This document shows positions 16,927 through 26,040 of a stretch of DNA of 31,781 bases, piece after piece (position 1 is the first letter of the stretch; the number at the start of each line of letters is the position of its first letter). Location of the stretch: the IMG/VR virus record IMGVR_UViG_3300038321_000091, positions 1 through 31,781 of that record, one strand, 5' to 3'. The position numbers and the translations under genes are program-made. The notes beneath the pieces are model-generated. The model was not told the DNA's origin, ran no database searches, and saw nothing but the letters and a program-made list of their open reading frames with translations. The DNA comes from a virus. Lineage: Duplodnaviria; Caudoviricetes.

Positions 16927-17369
16927 TATTTAATCACCGTTTTAATGAAGTCATCGAATAGGTTAACTAGGCGCTGTGCCTCCGGTAAATCGAATGTACG
17001 CAGCCAGGAGAGAAATTTCCGAAAAGAAGATTGAATATCGGCGAGGCCAACATCCGTTTCCATTTTTTCTATGGCATTGGCCAGCTTGGTAATGGTATCG
17101 GCCTCAGCCGGAGTGGCAAACTTGTTACCGTCCCTTTCGGCGATGGCGTTATTTATCTCTGCCAACTGCCGGTAAAGGTTTTTAATCTGTTCCTCCTTGG
17201 TGATCGTGATAGAAACACGCAAATCCTCCCACCGTTCATTTTTCACCCACTTGTTAATGGTAACGGCCGAAACACCTACGCGCTCCGCAATTTCTTTTTG
17301 CGTAAGATTTTCACGGAGGAAAAGCAACTTCGCCCACTCCTTTTTTTGTGCTATCGTTAAATTCCCCAT
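16926..17369 (-). CDS. Terminase small subunit-like HTH protein
   Basis: TQKEIAERVGVSAVTINKW HTH; directly upstream of terL with a 1-bp overlap. Confidence 0.8.
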   Translation of the reverse strand: MGNLTIAQKKEWAKLLFLRENLTQKEIAERVGVSAVTINKWVKNERWEDLRVSITITKEEQIKNLYRQLAEINNAIAERDGNKFATPAEADTITKLANAIEKMETDVGLADIQSSFRKFLSWLRTFDLPEAQRLVNLFDDFIKTVIK

Positions 17370-17516
17370 AGAATTGAATTTTTATACACAAAAATACACT
17401 TCAATAATATGTTTTACTTAAAAGTGTATTAAGGGTAAAGAACATTATACCTACGCTTGATATACTTTTTGGTGGTTATGTATAAATGCGGTTTTATTTG
17501 CATAAAAATTCAAATA
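17370..17516. promoter_or_regulatory. Divergent late-gene control region
   Basis: - strand TATTTTTG at 17396-17389; + strand near-consensus TTTATTTG at 17493-17500; 9-bp inverted repeat AATACACTT 17393-17401 / AAGTGTATT 17422-17430. Confidence 0.55.
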
Positions 17517-18509
17517 ATGGCAAAAAACAAACCTTTTGTGCTTACCGATGAAAGTGTCAACACATACGGATTTCGTGTATTGCTATCCGGCGGTGACCTG
17601 GACCAGTTTTTACGCAACCCGGTTTTGTATTTCAACCACGACGACTGGGACGCTCCAATCGGAATGTGGGAAAACACTACAATTAGTGATGACAGAATAC
17701 TTTCATGGCCCGTTTTTGATCTGGAAGATGAGTCAGGCAAGAAAATAGCCGGAAAGGTTGAACGTGGATTTTTAAAAATGGCCTCCATCGGAATAATCGT
17801 AAATGAATGGTCTGATGATCCAGCATATATGCTGCCAGGACAAACAGGGCCCACCGCGGTAAAATGGAGGCTCCGCGAGGCGTCTATTGTCGGGATTGGA
17901 TCAAACCATAACGCCATAAGGTTATACGATAAGGATGACAACCTGCTTTCTGACGATCAAATCATTAAACTTTTTGATAACTCGGTGGGCGGCAACCCAC
18001 CACAAATAAAAACAACAATGAAAAAAGAACTATTAGACATTTTAAAGCTGTCGGACAAGGCGACGGAAGATGATGTTTTTGCATCTGTAAAAAAACTTCA
18101 GGATGAAAAAACACAGATGGATAGTGATTTGGCCAACCTGGCCAAAGAAAAGAAAGAGCTATCCGACAAGATTTCCAAAATGGAAGAGGCTGAAAAGACT
18201 GCGAAGAAAAAAGAGGCGGAGCAACTAGTGGATAAAGCCATCCGTGATGGAAAACTGAACGCCGCTGCAAAAGAAGAAACGCTAAAGTTTTTCGACGCCA
18301 ATTTCGATGCCGCAAAGAAGATGATTGAGGGAATCCCGGGCAATCCTTCGATTAAGGATCAGCTTGAAGATGCTGACAAATCTGAACTTCAAAAACTTTC
18401 AGACAAGTCATGGGATGAACTGGATAAATCAGGGCAGTTGCAAAAGCTTAAGGACAAATATCCGGAAGTGTACATGGAAAAATTTAACTCAACTTTTAAA
18501 AAAGAGTAA
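17517..18509 (+). CDS. Prohead protease with C-terminal scaffold region
   Basis: NPVLYFNH, PIG, GFLKMASIG and LREASIV protease motifs, followed by a charged coiled-coil. ATG 17517 preferred over TTG 17457. Confidence 0.88.
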   Translation: MAKNKPFVLTDESVNTYGFRVLLSGGDLDQFLRNPVLYFNHDDWDAPIGMWENTTISDDRILSWPVFDLEDESGKKIAGKVERGFLKMASIGIIVNEWSDDPAYMLPGQTGPTAVKWRLREASIVGIGSNHNAIRLYDKDDNLLSDDQIIKLFDNSVGGNPPQIKTTMKKELLDILKLSDKATEDDVFASVKKLQDEKTQMDSDLANLAKEKKELSDKISKMEEAEKTAKKKEAEQLVDKAIRDGKLNAAAKEETLKFFDANFDAAKKMIEGIPGNPSIKDQLEDADKSELQKLSDKSWDELDKSGQLQKLKDKYPEVYMEKFNSTFKKE

Positions 18510-18584
18510 CCCGGTCGTTTAACCAAAACTTAACTATACTCAAATAAAGCTTTAACAATTTTATAAACAAAACTTTAACAAACA

Positions 18585-19859
18585 ATGAAAAAGATTTTAG
18601 CACTGATGTTTAACCTGGTTGTCGGGGCCACCCTGGCAGCGGTGACAGGTGGCGGTCTGATGGCCGCAGTGATAGCGGGGGGAGTATTATCTCTGATCCC
18701 GAAAACAATTACCGGCTCTTTGCCGATGGCCATACAGGTAGAAATATGGGAAAAGGACATTGTGGAGGGCCTGTTTGCTGACAACGCGTTTTTGAATTTT
18801 GCCTACAACGCTGATCAATATGTGCTACAGGGGAAAGTAGTTCATATCCCACAGGCGGGAGCATCCGCAGGCACTTCCGTTAACAGGTCGGAACTTCCAG
18901 CAACTGTGACTAAGCGTACAGACGTAGATATAACGTATGCGATCGATGAAATTACTTCCGATCCGGTATTGATACCCGATGCGGACACTGTGGAATTGAG
19001 TTATAGTAAGCGAACCTCCGTTACTGAGCAGATGCGTAAAAATATGTATGAAGCTTCTGCCTTAAACATGCTATACAGATGGGCACCTTCAGCAGGTGAT
19101 AGAATGATCCGCACGACCGGTACTGCTGTTGCCGCTCATCTTCCGTCTGCTACAGGCAGCAGGAATGCACTTACACTTGATGATGTCAAGAAAGCGCAAA
19201 AGCAATTCAATAAGGACAATGTACCATCTGCAGAGCGTTACTTGATGGTTGATGCCGAGATGTACGATCAGTTAACGAATGACATGACTGCGAACCAGAG
19301 CCGAGATTTCCTTGCGGCATATGACGAGAAAAATGGTATTCTGGGTAGGATCTATGGATTCAACGTTATCATGCGTTCACAGGTGATCCGCTATACCAAT
19401 GCTGCTACTCCCGCTAAAAAAGAGTGGTCTGCCGCAGGCGCGTCAACTGATAATGCAGCAGCTATCTGCTGGCAAAAACAGAGCGTAGAACGTGCACTGG
19501 GAGACGTGAAGTTCTTCGAAAAATTAGGAGATCCTCAATATTATGGTGACATATATTCTGCCCTGATTCGCCTTGGTGGACGTATTCGACGCAACGATAA
19601 CAACGGTGTCCTTGCGATTGTGCAAGCAGTAGTTGTAGCAACGACCTATACAGTAACGTTCAGTGTTGACGGCGGCTCAGAAGTCACTGCGCAGACAGTT
19701 GAGTCTGGCAATAAGGCAACCCAGCCTACGGCACCGACTAAAACTGGATTCACATTTGACGGCTGGTACGGTGAAGCAGGATTAACAACGCTTTATGATT
19801 TTAATACTCCTGTAACCTCTAACGTAACGTTGTACGCCAAGTGGACAGCTGAAGGATAA
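18585..19859 (+). CDS. Major capsid protein with hydrophobic N-terminal leader and C-terminal Listeria-Bacteroides repeat (InlB-B/Flg_new-like) domain
   Basis: Follows the protease gene; EIW, GKVVHIP, VPSAERY and GRIYGFNV capsid-like motifs; C-terminal YTVTF...PTAPTKTGFTFDGWY...YDFNTPVTSNVTLYAKW. Confidence 0.85.
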   Translation: MKKILALMFNLVVGATLAAVTGGGLMAAVIAGGVLSLIPKTITGSLPMAIQVEIWEKDIVEGLFADNAFLNFAYNADQYVLQGKVVHIPQAGASAGTSVNRSELPATVTKRTDVDITYAIDEITSDPVLIPDADTVELSYSKRTSVTEQMRKNMYEASALNMLYRWAPSAGDRMIRTTGTAVAAHLPSATGSRNALTLDDVKKAQKQFNKDNVPSAERYLMVDAEMYDQLTNDMTANQSRDFLAAYDEKNGILGRIYGFNVIMRSQVIRYTNAATPAKKEWSAAGASTDNAAAICWQKQSVERALGDVKFFEKLGDPQYYGDIYSALIRLGGRIRRNDNNGVLAIVQAVVVATTYTVTFSVDGGSEVTAQTVESGNKATQPTAPTKTGFTFDGWYGEAGLTTLYDFNTPVTSNVTLYAKWTAEG

Positions 19860-19864
19860 GCGCC

Positions 19865-20017
19865 ATGGTTAAGGTAAAAGTATTGCATATGTTCCGCGAC
19901 AAGTTCGATCACGTCACTGTCTATCAAGCTGGAAAAACTTATGAGTTTGACGCAGAAAGAGCCGAGGATCTGGTAAGTCGCGGGCTTGCAAAACTTATCA
20001 AAACAATTAAGAAATGA
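19865..20017 (+). CDS. 50-aa capsid-adjacent small protein (not in the ORF track)
   Basis: MVKVKVLHMFRDKFDHVTVYQAGKTYEFDAERAEDLVSRGLAKLIKTIKK*; ATGA overlap with the lysozyme gene. Confidence 0.75.
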   Translation: MVKVKVLHMFRDKFDHVTVYQAGKTYEFDAERAEDLVSRGLAKLIKTIKK

Positions 20018-20526
20018 AAACGAGCGACAAGGGGATCGATTTGATAAAACGTTTTGAAGCGTTGCATGATGGGGACTTGCACCTTATCGGCTTGCAGCCG
20101 AAGATGTGTCCGGCGGGGTTGTGGACTGAGGGTTGGGGGCGTTTGGTCCTTGACGAAAAAGGCAACCGGATATCGGGAATCGAAAATAAGGAAAAAGCTT
20201 ACAGATTCAGCAAAATAAAAACAGAGGCACAGGCGGAACTGGCATTACGCGAAGATTTAATCGAAAGAGAGAATATGGTAAATTCGCTAAAGCTACCGCT
20301 TAACCAAAATCAATTCGATGCTCTTGTTTCATTTACATATAATGTCGGGTTCACCAATTTACGTGGAAGTGAGTTGCTAAGAAAGGTCAGAGCAAATATT
20401 ACTGACCCTTCCATCGCTAATGAATTTCGCAAGTGGAACAAGGCCCGTATTAATGGAGTGTTGACTGTTTTACCAGGATTAACCCGTCGCCGCGATGCTG
20501 AACAAAAACTCTACTTTGAAAAATGA
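20014..20526 (+). CDS. Endolysin, GH24 phage lysozyme
   Basis: GIDLIKRFE, CPAGLWTEGWG, LNQNQFDALVSFTYNVG and GLTRRRDAE. Confidence 0.93.
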   Translation: MKTSDKGIDLIKRFEALHDGDLHLIGLQPKMCPAGLWTEGWGRLVLDEKGNRISGIENKEKAYRFSKIKTEAQAELALREDLIERENMVNSLKLPLNQNQFDALVSFTYNVGFTNLRGSELLRKVRANITDPSIANEFRKWNKARINGVLTVLPGLTRRRDAEQKLYFEK

Positions 20527-20846
20527 ATTTTGATGTGAACATACTCTTGGACCTTATCATGCCGGCCTTGACCGGGATAGTTGGGTGGATTGCCGGAACT
20601 AAAAAGCGGAATAACGACTTCCTGAGTGATTTACAGGAGTCAATAAATCTTCTGTCCGAAAGGAACAAGGATTTGCTTCAGGAGGTTGTTACGCTCCGCG
20701 GTGAGAATGCCGATTTGCTTTCTAACCAAAAAATGATGCAGGGTGAAATTTCACAATTAAGGGCTGAAAACAAACTGCTGCGAGATGAAGTTGAGCTGTT
20801 GAACGAACGCCTGACGGGCATAAAAACCATTACCCGGGCAAAATGA
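20523..20846 (+). CDS. Single-TM coiled-coil protein, holin candidate
   Basis: N-terminal hydrophobic helix, then KKR, then a heptad coiled-coil; located in the lysis cassette. Confidence 0.55.
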   Translation: MNFDVNILLDLIMPALTGIVGWIAGTKKRNNDFLSDLQESINLLSERNKDLLQEVVTLRGENADLLSNQKMMQGEISQLRAENKLLRDEVELLNERLTGIKTITRAK

Positions 20847-21316
20847 AAAAAATCGTGTTCATAGCCTTTTTGCTGTTGCTGCTTATCGGTTGCAAAACAA
20901 GGAATGCGATTATCCAGGTACCGATTAAAACGGTGGAGCGGAGGGTATCAACCCTGGTGCCTATTTATATCCCCGGAGATTCGGCCCTGTTGCGGGCAGT
21001 ATTTGAATGCGACTCGCTTAACAACGTTTTGCTGAAAGGCATTAGCGAGCAAAAAGGAGGCAATGTTGGCAGCACTATCGGATTTAAAGACGGCGTGCTG
21101 GATTACAAAGCGGATTTTAAACCGGACACGGTCTTTATTCCTAGCGATACCGTCTATATTGAAAAGGACGTGCCCTATTTTGTGGAAGTGCCAAAAATAG
21201 AATACCGGCAAACATCGTGGCAGTCGTTTTTAGTATGGATAGGAAAAATAACACTTATAATAGCCGCCGTTTGGGGCGGTTGGAAGCTGATTAAACGAAA
21301 ATTAAAACCAATTTAA
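20843..21316 (+). CDS. Lipoprotein with C-terminal TM helix, unimolecular-spanin candidate
   Basis: Lipobox LLIG-C; C-terminal FLVWIGKITLIIAAVWGGW followed by a basic tail. Confidence 0.65.
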   Translation: MKKIVFIAFLLLLLIGCKTRNAIIQVPIKTVERRVSTLVPIYIPGDSALLRAVFECDSLNNVLLKGISEQKGGNVGSTIGFKDGVLDYKADFKPDTVFIPSDTVYIEKDVPYFVEVPKIEYRQTSWQSFLVWIGKITLIIAAVWGGWKLIKRKLKPI

Positions 21317-21328
21317 ACAACAATAAAA

Positions 21329-21838
21329 ATGGCAGAAAATCTGATTTTAAAAGCCCGCGTGGAACAAATGGAAATGGCCGATCCCATTACGGCGCTTGCC
21401 GGTGTGGAATCTGCATCGTGGACGGTATTGCCGCTAACGCTGCGGGATGACATGGTGAGCATACTGGAGGGCGAACCTGACGAAAGCGAAGTTTTTTCGC
21501 ATGAAAATGATTCCGCTGAGGATTACGACATCGCCGGTACGGGGATGACCTTGTCCGGATCGTTCATTAAGGCTACTTATGCCCAGCTTGTTTCCTTAAT
21601 TGGAGGGAAAAAAGAAGGCGCTGTAGGTTCGGAAAAATATTCGAAATCGGCAAAAACGCTGTTGCTTAACAAGGCATTCCGCCTGACGTTAAAGGACGGA
21701 AACACCATCGTTATCCCGAACGCAAAAGGCGCCGTACGTGCCGAATTGAATCCGGGTTATGGAGGTGTATCTAAATTCCCCTTCCGCTTCAAGCTGTTGC
21801 AGGCATCAGCCGACTGGGACTGCACAATACAGTGGTAA
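21329..21838 (+). CDS. Major tail tube protein (putative)
   Basis: 169-aa beta-rich ORF preceding the chaperone and tape measure genes; assigned mainly by synteny. Confidence 0.65.
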   Translation: MAENLILKARVEQMEMADPITALAGVESASWTVLPLTLRDDMVSILEGEPDESEVFSHENDSAEDYDIAGTGMTLSGSFIKATYAQLVSLIGGKKEGAVGSEKYSKSAKTLLLNKAFRLTLKDGNTIVIPNAKGAVRAELNPGYGGVSKFPFRFKLLQASADWDCTIQW

Positions 21839-21839
21839 C

Positions 21840-22301
21840 ATGGACGTGAGGCTGCAAGCGGCCAACGCGATATTGGAAAGGGGCGTGCGGTTTAGGCTGC
21901 CCGCCCCTTTTTACAAACGTTGGTTCAAACTGGACAGAGTAACGATCCGGCACCTGAAAGCGGGAACAATCATCGAAATTGCCCGCGTGGTTATAGAGAA
22001 TGAATTGGAAAACGCTATAACAACCGGAGATTATGAGTTTTTGATGAAATCGGTTGAACCTTGCGCACGGTGCATAGCCATCGCAACGCTCAACGAAAAA
22101 CGGAAGGTTGAACGCGAAACGGACAAGTTAACACAATGTCTGTTGTGGAAAATTGCGCCGGAAAGCATTGTCGACATTTTCATCAAAATTTCGCTCATGA
22201 ACCGGGTATCGGATTTTACGGATATTACCAGATATCTTTTGACGATGACACAGACGATGATGAATCCGAAGAATCTGGGGCACGAAGCGGACGGGAGTTA
22301 A
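21840..22301 (+). CDS. Tail assembly chaperone (putative)
   Basis: ATG 21840 lies 1 bp after the tube stop; located between tube and tape measure genes. Confidence 0.7.
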   Translation: MDVRLQAANAILERGVRFRLPAPFYKRWFKLDRVTIRHLKAGTIIEIARVVIENELENAITTGDYEFLMKSVEPCARCIAIATLNEKRKVERETDKLTQCLLWKIAPESIVDIFIKISLMNRVSDFTDITRYLLTMTQTMMNPKNLGHEADGS

Positions 22302-22309
22302 AGGGCCGG

Positions 22310-22516
22310 ATGGACGGCCTCCATAGCCCGTGGGGAACGATAGGGAATATTAAACGGGAGCGTGGGTATACAAGCGATCAGGTGTTGTGGGGTGAAAGCT
22401 GGATAAACCTATTAATGGAAAGCGCGGACGCACCCAGGTACACGAAAAAAAGAAACACGCCCATCATTGAATCGACGGATCAGCTCGATAAAATGTTTGG
22501 CACCAAACAATTGTAA
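22310..22516 (+). CDS. Second tail chaperone ORF (gpT-like), possibly expressed by frameshift
   Basis: MDGLHSPWG...LWGESWINLLMESADAPRY; lies in the -1 frame, which is open from at least 22136. Confidence 0.65.
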   Translation: MDGLHSPWGTIGNIKRERGYTSDQVLWGESWINLLMESADAPRYTKKRNTPIIESTDQLDKMFGTKQL

Positions 22517-22518
22517 AA

Positions 22519-25500
22519 ATGGCAGAGGAACCGGTTGAAATAGATATCATTTTACGGCAAAACGTCGAGGACGAGGGCGCCAAGGCTACCCGGGCCATCG
22601 ATAAGATGGCGGAAGCAAGCGAGGAAGCATGGAAGCGTTCCAAAGAAGCTTTGCAGATGCAGCGCGATGTCATTGCCCGGCTCAAAAAAGAGTTGGAGCC
22701 GTTGCAGGCCCAGTTTGATAAGGTAAATATCGGCACAACTGACCCGAAAATCATAGCGGAACGACAGAAGTTATCTAAGGCTGTTCATGAACTTACTACA
22801 GAGTTAAGGGGTGAGGAGGCCGCGTTAAAGGTGCTCGAGGGCGCAAACTCATCTTTGAACGAAAAGCAAACTACACTGCTTACTCAAATGCGAGGCGTCA
22901 AAAATGAGATGGCGCAATTGAAATTGGATGGTAAGGGTGAAACTGAAATGTACCGTGAAAAAGAGGAACAACTCCGATCACTCGCCGTAGCTCATAAAGA
23001 GCTAACTCAGGAACAAAAATTATTAGTTTCTGGCGGGGCTCAAATGCAGGGATTCTTATCCGGTTTATCCGCTTTGTCGGGTCTATTGTCTGCTGGTGGC
23101 GGAGCACTCGGACTGTTCAACGCCAACAGTGAAGAGTTTGCCAAGATACAGACCAGAGTGCAGTCGCTTATGGCCATTACCATAGGACTTCAACAAATTC
23201 AAAACACGTTACACCAAACATCTGCATTCCGCATTCACACGGTTACCAAGGCAAAACAAATGTGGGCAGCGGCTAACATTAAACTGGCCACTTCCCTTGG
23301 CATATCCACTATTGCCGCTCAGGCGCTAATGGCAACTCTAACTCTTGGCCTTTCCGCAGCCATCGGTGTCGCCATTACATTAATTGACAAATATGTTTCA
23401 AGGCAACGCGCCGCTCGTGAGGAGCAACAAAAGTTTGCCGATGCCGTTGCCCAAAACAGTGCTTCTCAAATTGCTACTTTCGAAAAATTACGTATTTCCT
23501 ACAATAAACTAGGTCTCGACGTTAAGGTAAAGGAAAAATTTATCACCGACAACCAGGACGCATTTAAGCAGCTGGGTGTTGCCATCGACGACGTAAACGA
23601 TGCAGATAACGCTTTTATCACCAATACCGAAGCGTTTAAAGCGGCCGTTAACTCCCGGGCACTGGCAGCCGCATCGATGGAGTTTGCCACTGAAAAGTAC
23701 AAAGAGGCGCTTCGCAAAAAGGAGGAAGCCGATCAGTTAATGCTTACAAAGCCGACCACCTGGGGCGGTTACGAAACGGAGTTAGGCTCCGACGGCAGGC
23801 CCGTATATTACGACAAAAAATCATATAATAAGGCGCAGGACCTTTATGGGGAAGAAAAGAAGCTATACGATGAAGGTGAAAAACTGACAGAACAATCGGT
23901 TAACCATACCTTAGACGCAGAACAAAAACTTATCGAAGCCGGGTTTAAACTTGCCGGTTCTGCCGCTAAAACTACCAAAGAAATTACCGAAAAACAAGTT
24001 AATGAAGCTGAGAAAGCCAACGAACGTCTGGTAAAGCTAGGGGCAGACATCCAAAAAGAAACCGACGCTGCCATTGTTGCCTCCATGCAGGATGGCAGGG
24101 ATAAAAAGTTGGCGGAGCTAAAGGCCGAATACGATGCCAGGGCCTCGCTCATTGCCGAACGTCAACGGGAAATTGAGGAACTGGAAAAAACTACCGGTGT
24201 TGACGGTAGCAGGCAAAAAGGCCAGTTATCGGATTTAGATGCTGCCGAAAAAGCGAAATATGACGCTGCGGTTAATGCCGTTAACGAGGGATCGGCAGCT
24301 GCCATGGATACCATTTGGCAGGAAATAAACGATCGGTTCAACACCGAGAGCCAGCGGCGTTTGACAGAAATAAACCGGTTTTACCAGGAACAAATTGCCA
24401 GGGCACGGGAAAACGGGGCAACACAGTTGGAAATTGATCAGATATCCGCCGATCACAAGCGCGACATTGAACTGGAAAAACAATATATCGCGTTGGAAAC
24501 GCTCGACTTTGAGGAGCAAATCGCCATGAAAAAAGCGCAGATCGAAGACAGGCGCGTTATGTTGCAAACTGATCGTGAAGAGAAGATTTTGCGCATTCAG
24601 GTGGCGTCGGCTCAAAAACGGTTAACGGCCCTGAAAAATCTGTCCGTTAAGAGTGACGATACCCAACGCGAGATCGAAATGCTCACCGCGGAAATAGAGG
24701 CCATGAACACCGAACTTGACCGGATGCCATTACGCAAGTTTCAGGAACTAGCCGGATACGCACAACAGGTGTTGGACGGGATCGGCGGCTTTGCTTCCGG
24801 TTTTGACGAAGATCTTGGCGGTCTGTTCGATATGGCATCCGGGGCCGTTGGTGGTATTGCATCACTCGGTACTGGTATAGCAACCGGCAACCCACAGCAG
24901 ATGATCCAGGGCGCAATGCAACTGCTCGACGTGGCCGGAAAAATTATAAAAGCCAACAAACAGGCAAACGAAGAAATACGGAAATATAATCTTTCGCTGG
25001 CACAACAGGCAATCGATTACAGCCTGTCGGTGATTCGCGCCATAAAGGACATAAAAAGCGAAACAGACAGTATTTTTTCATCCAGCTACACCAACACGCT
25101 TACGCAGGGAATGGCCGGCTATAACGCCGCCTTAAACAAGCAGGCGGAACTGATGGCGAAGCTTGGAGCGGCCACCGTGAAAACGGGAGTAGAAAAGAAA
25201 AAGTTTCTCGGAATTACTTACGGCACGCGGGATGTTTACAGCAATTTGCTGAAACAATATCCCGACCTGATAAAAAAAGACGGCACGCTTAACCGGGAGC
25301 TAGCAGAAAGTTTAAAGAAGTCCGGAAACCTGAAAGAAGAAACTGCCGATCTCATTGACAATATACTACAGGCATCCGATGCCGCCAACGAGGCGATGCA
25401 GTCAGTTGAAAGCGAATTGCAAAACCTCGTTGGTTCTATCGGTTCCGAGCTAAAAAAGGCGCTGGACGACGCGTTCTCGTCCGGTACCGATTCGGCTAAG

Positions 25501-26040
25501 GCAATGACGGATAATGTGGTGAAAATGCTTAAGGAATTAAGCACGCAGAAACTGTACAACGCCGTTTTCGGCGGGCTTTTCTCCGAACTGGAAAAGCGGA
25601 TGAAAGAAAGTTACGGAGCCACAGGCGATCATGATTTGACGGACGACATCGACTGGTTCATGGAAAATTATCCCGATCTGGTGGATTCCTACAACAAGGG
25701 GCTCTCGGAGTTGCAAAAGAAAATACAGGAACGTTACGGGGTGGACGCTTTCGCTACCGATGACGGGAGAAAAGCCGTAAACAAAGGCATTGCACAGGCC
25801 TCGCAGGACAGCATCGACGAGCTGAACGGGCGGTTAACCTTTCTCGTGACGAAAGTGTCTGATATCGGAGTCATTAACGTTACGCACGCGGATCTAAGCC
25901 GGGAACAGCTGCTCGTTCAACGGGCCATGCTCGGGAGTTTGGAAACGATTGCGGAAAACAGCGAGTTCCTGAAAAAGTTGAATGGGATTGCCGAGGATAT
26001 CGCGAAAATGAATAGAGACGGAATAATACTAAAAAGATAA
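22519..26040 (+). CDS. Tail tape measure protein
   Basis: 1173 aa, Ala/Glu/Lys-rich and helical, with hydrophobic Gly/Ala segments; canonical position. Confidence 0.92.
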   Translation: MAEEPVEIDIILRQNVEDEGAKATRAIDKMAEASEEAWKRSKEALQMQRDVIARLKKELEPLQAQFDKVNIGTTDPKIIAERQKLSKAVHELTTELRGEEAALKVLEGANSSLNEKQTTLLTQMRGVKNEMAQLKLDGKGETEMYREKEEQLRSLAVAHKELTQEQKLLVSGGAQMQGFLSGLSALSGLLSAGGGALGLFNANSEEFAKIQTRVQSLMAITIGLQQIQNTLHQTSAFRIHTVTKAKQMWAAANIKLATSLGISTIAAQALMATLTLGLSAAIGVAITLIDKYVSRQRAAREEQQKFADAVAQNSASQIATFEKLRISYNKLGLDVKVKEKFITDNQDAFKQLGVAIDDVNDADNAFITNTEAFKAAVNSRALAAASMEFATEKYKEALRKKEEADQLMLTKPTTWGGYETELGSDGRPVYYDKKSYNKAQDLYGEEKKLYDEGEKLTEQSVNHTLDAEQKLIEAGFKLAGSAAKTTKEITEKQVNEAEKANERLVKLGADIQKETDAAIVASMQDGRDKKLAELKAEYDARASLIAERQREIEELEKTTGVDGSRQKGQLSDLDAAEKAKYDAAVNAVNEGSAAAMDTIWQEINDRFNTESQRRLTEINRFYQEQIARARENGATQLEIDQISADHKRDIELEKQYIALETLDFEEQIAMKKAQIEDRRVMLQTDREEKILRIQVASAQKRLTALKNLSVKSDDTQREIEMLTAEIEAMNTELDRMPLRKFQELAGYAQQVLDGIGGFASGFDEDLGGLFDMASGAVGGIASLGTGIATGNPQQMIQGAMQLLDVAGKIIKANKQANEEIRKYNLSLAQQAIDYSLSVIRAIKDIKSETDSIFSSSYTNTLTQGMAGYNAALNKQAELMAKLGAATVKTGVEKKKFLGITYGTRDVYSNLLKQYPDLIKKDGTLNRELAESLKKSGNLKEETADLIDNILQASDAANEAMQSVESELQNLVGSIGSELKKALDDAFSSGTDSAKAMTDNVVKMLKELSTQKLYNAVFGGLFSELEKRMKESYGATGDHDLTDDIDWFMENYPDLVDSYNKGLSELQKKIQERYGVDAFATDDGRKAVNKGIAQASQDSIDELNGRLTFLVTKVSDIGVINVTHADLSREQLLVQRAMLGSLETIAENSEFLKKLNGIAEDIAKMNRDGIILKR

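Noticed and set aside
17457-17516. Track N-terminal extensions of the protease (17457), chaperone (21759) and portal (14669)
   Set aside because: They overlap promoter elements or the upstream gene; downstream ATGs at 17517, 21840 and 14663 fit the operon packing better.
2666-25559. Many antisense or alternate-frame ORFs in the track (e.g. 3320-3778, 13663-14031, 16123-16545, 24235-24615)
   Set aside because: They lie within well-supported genes and show no recognisable motifs; treated as shadow ORFs.
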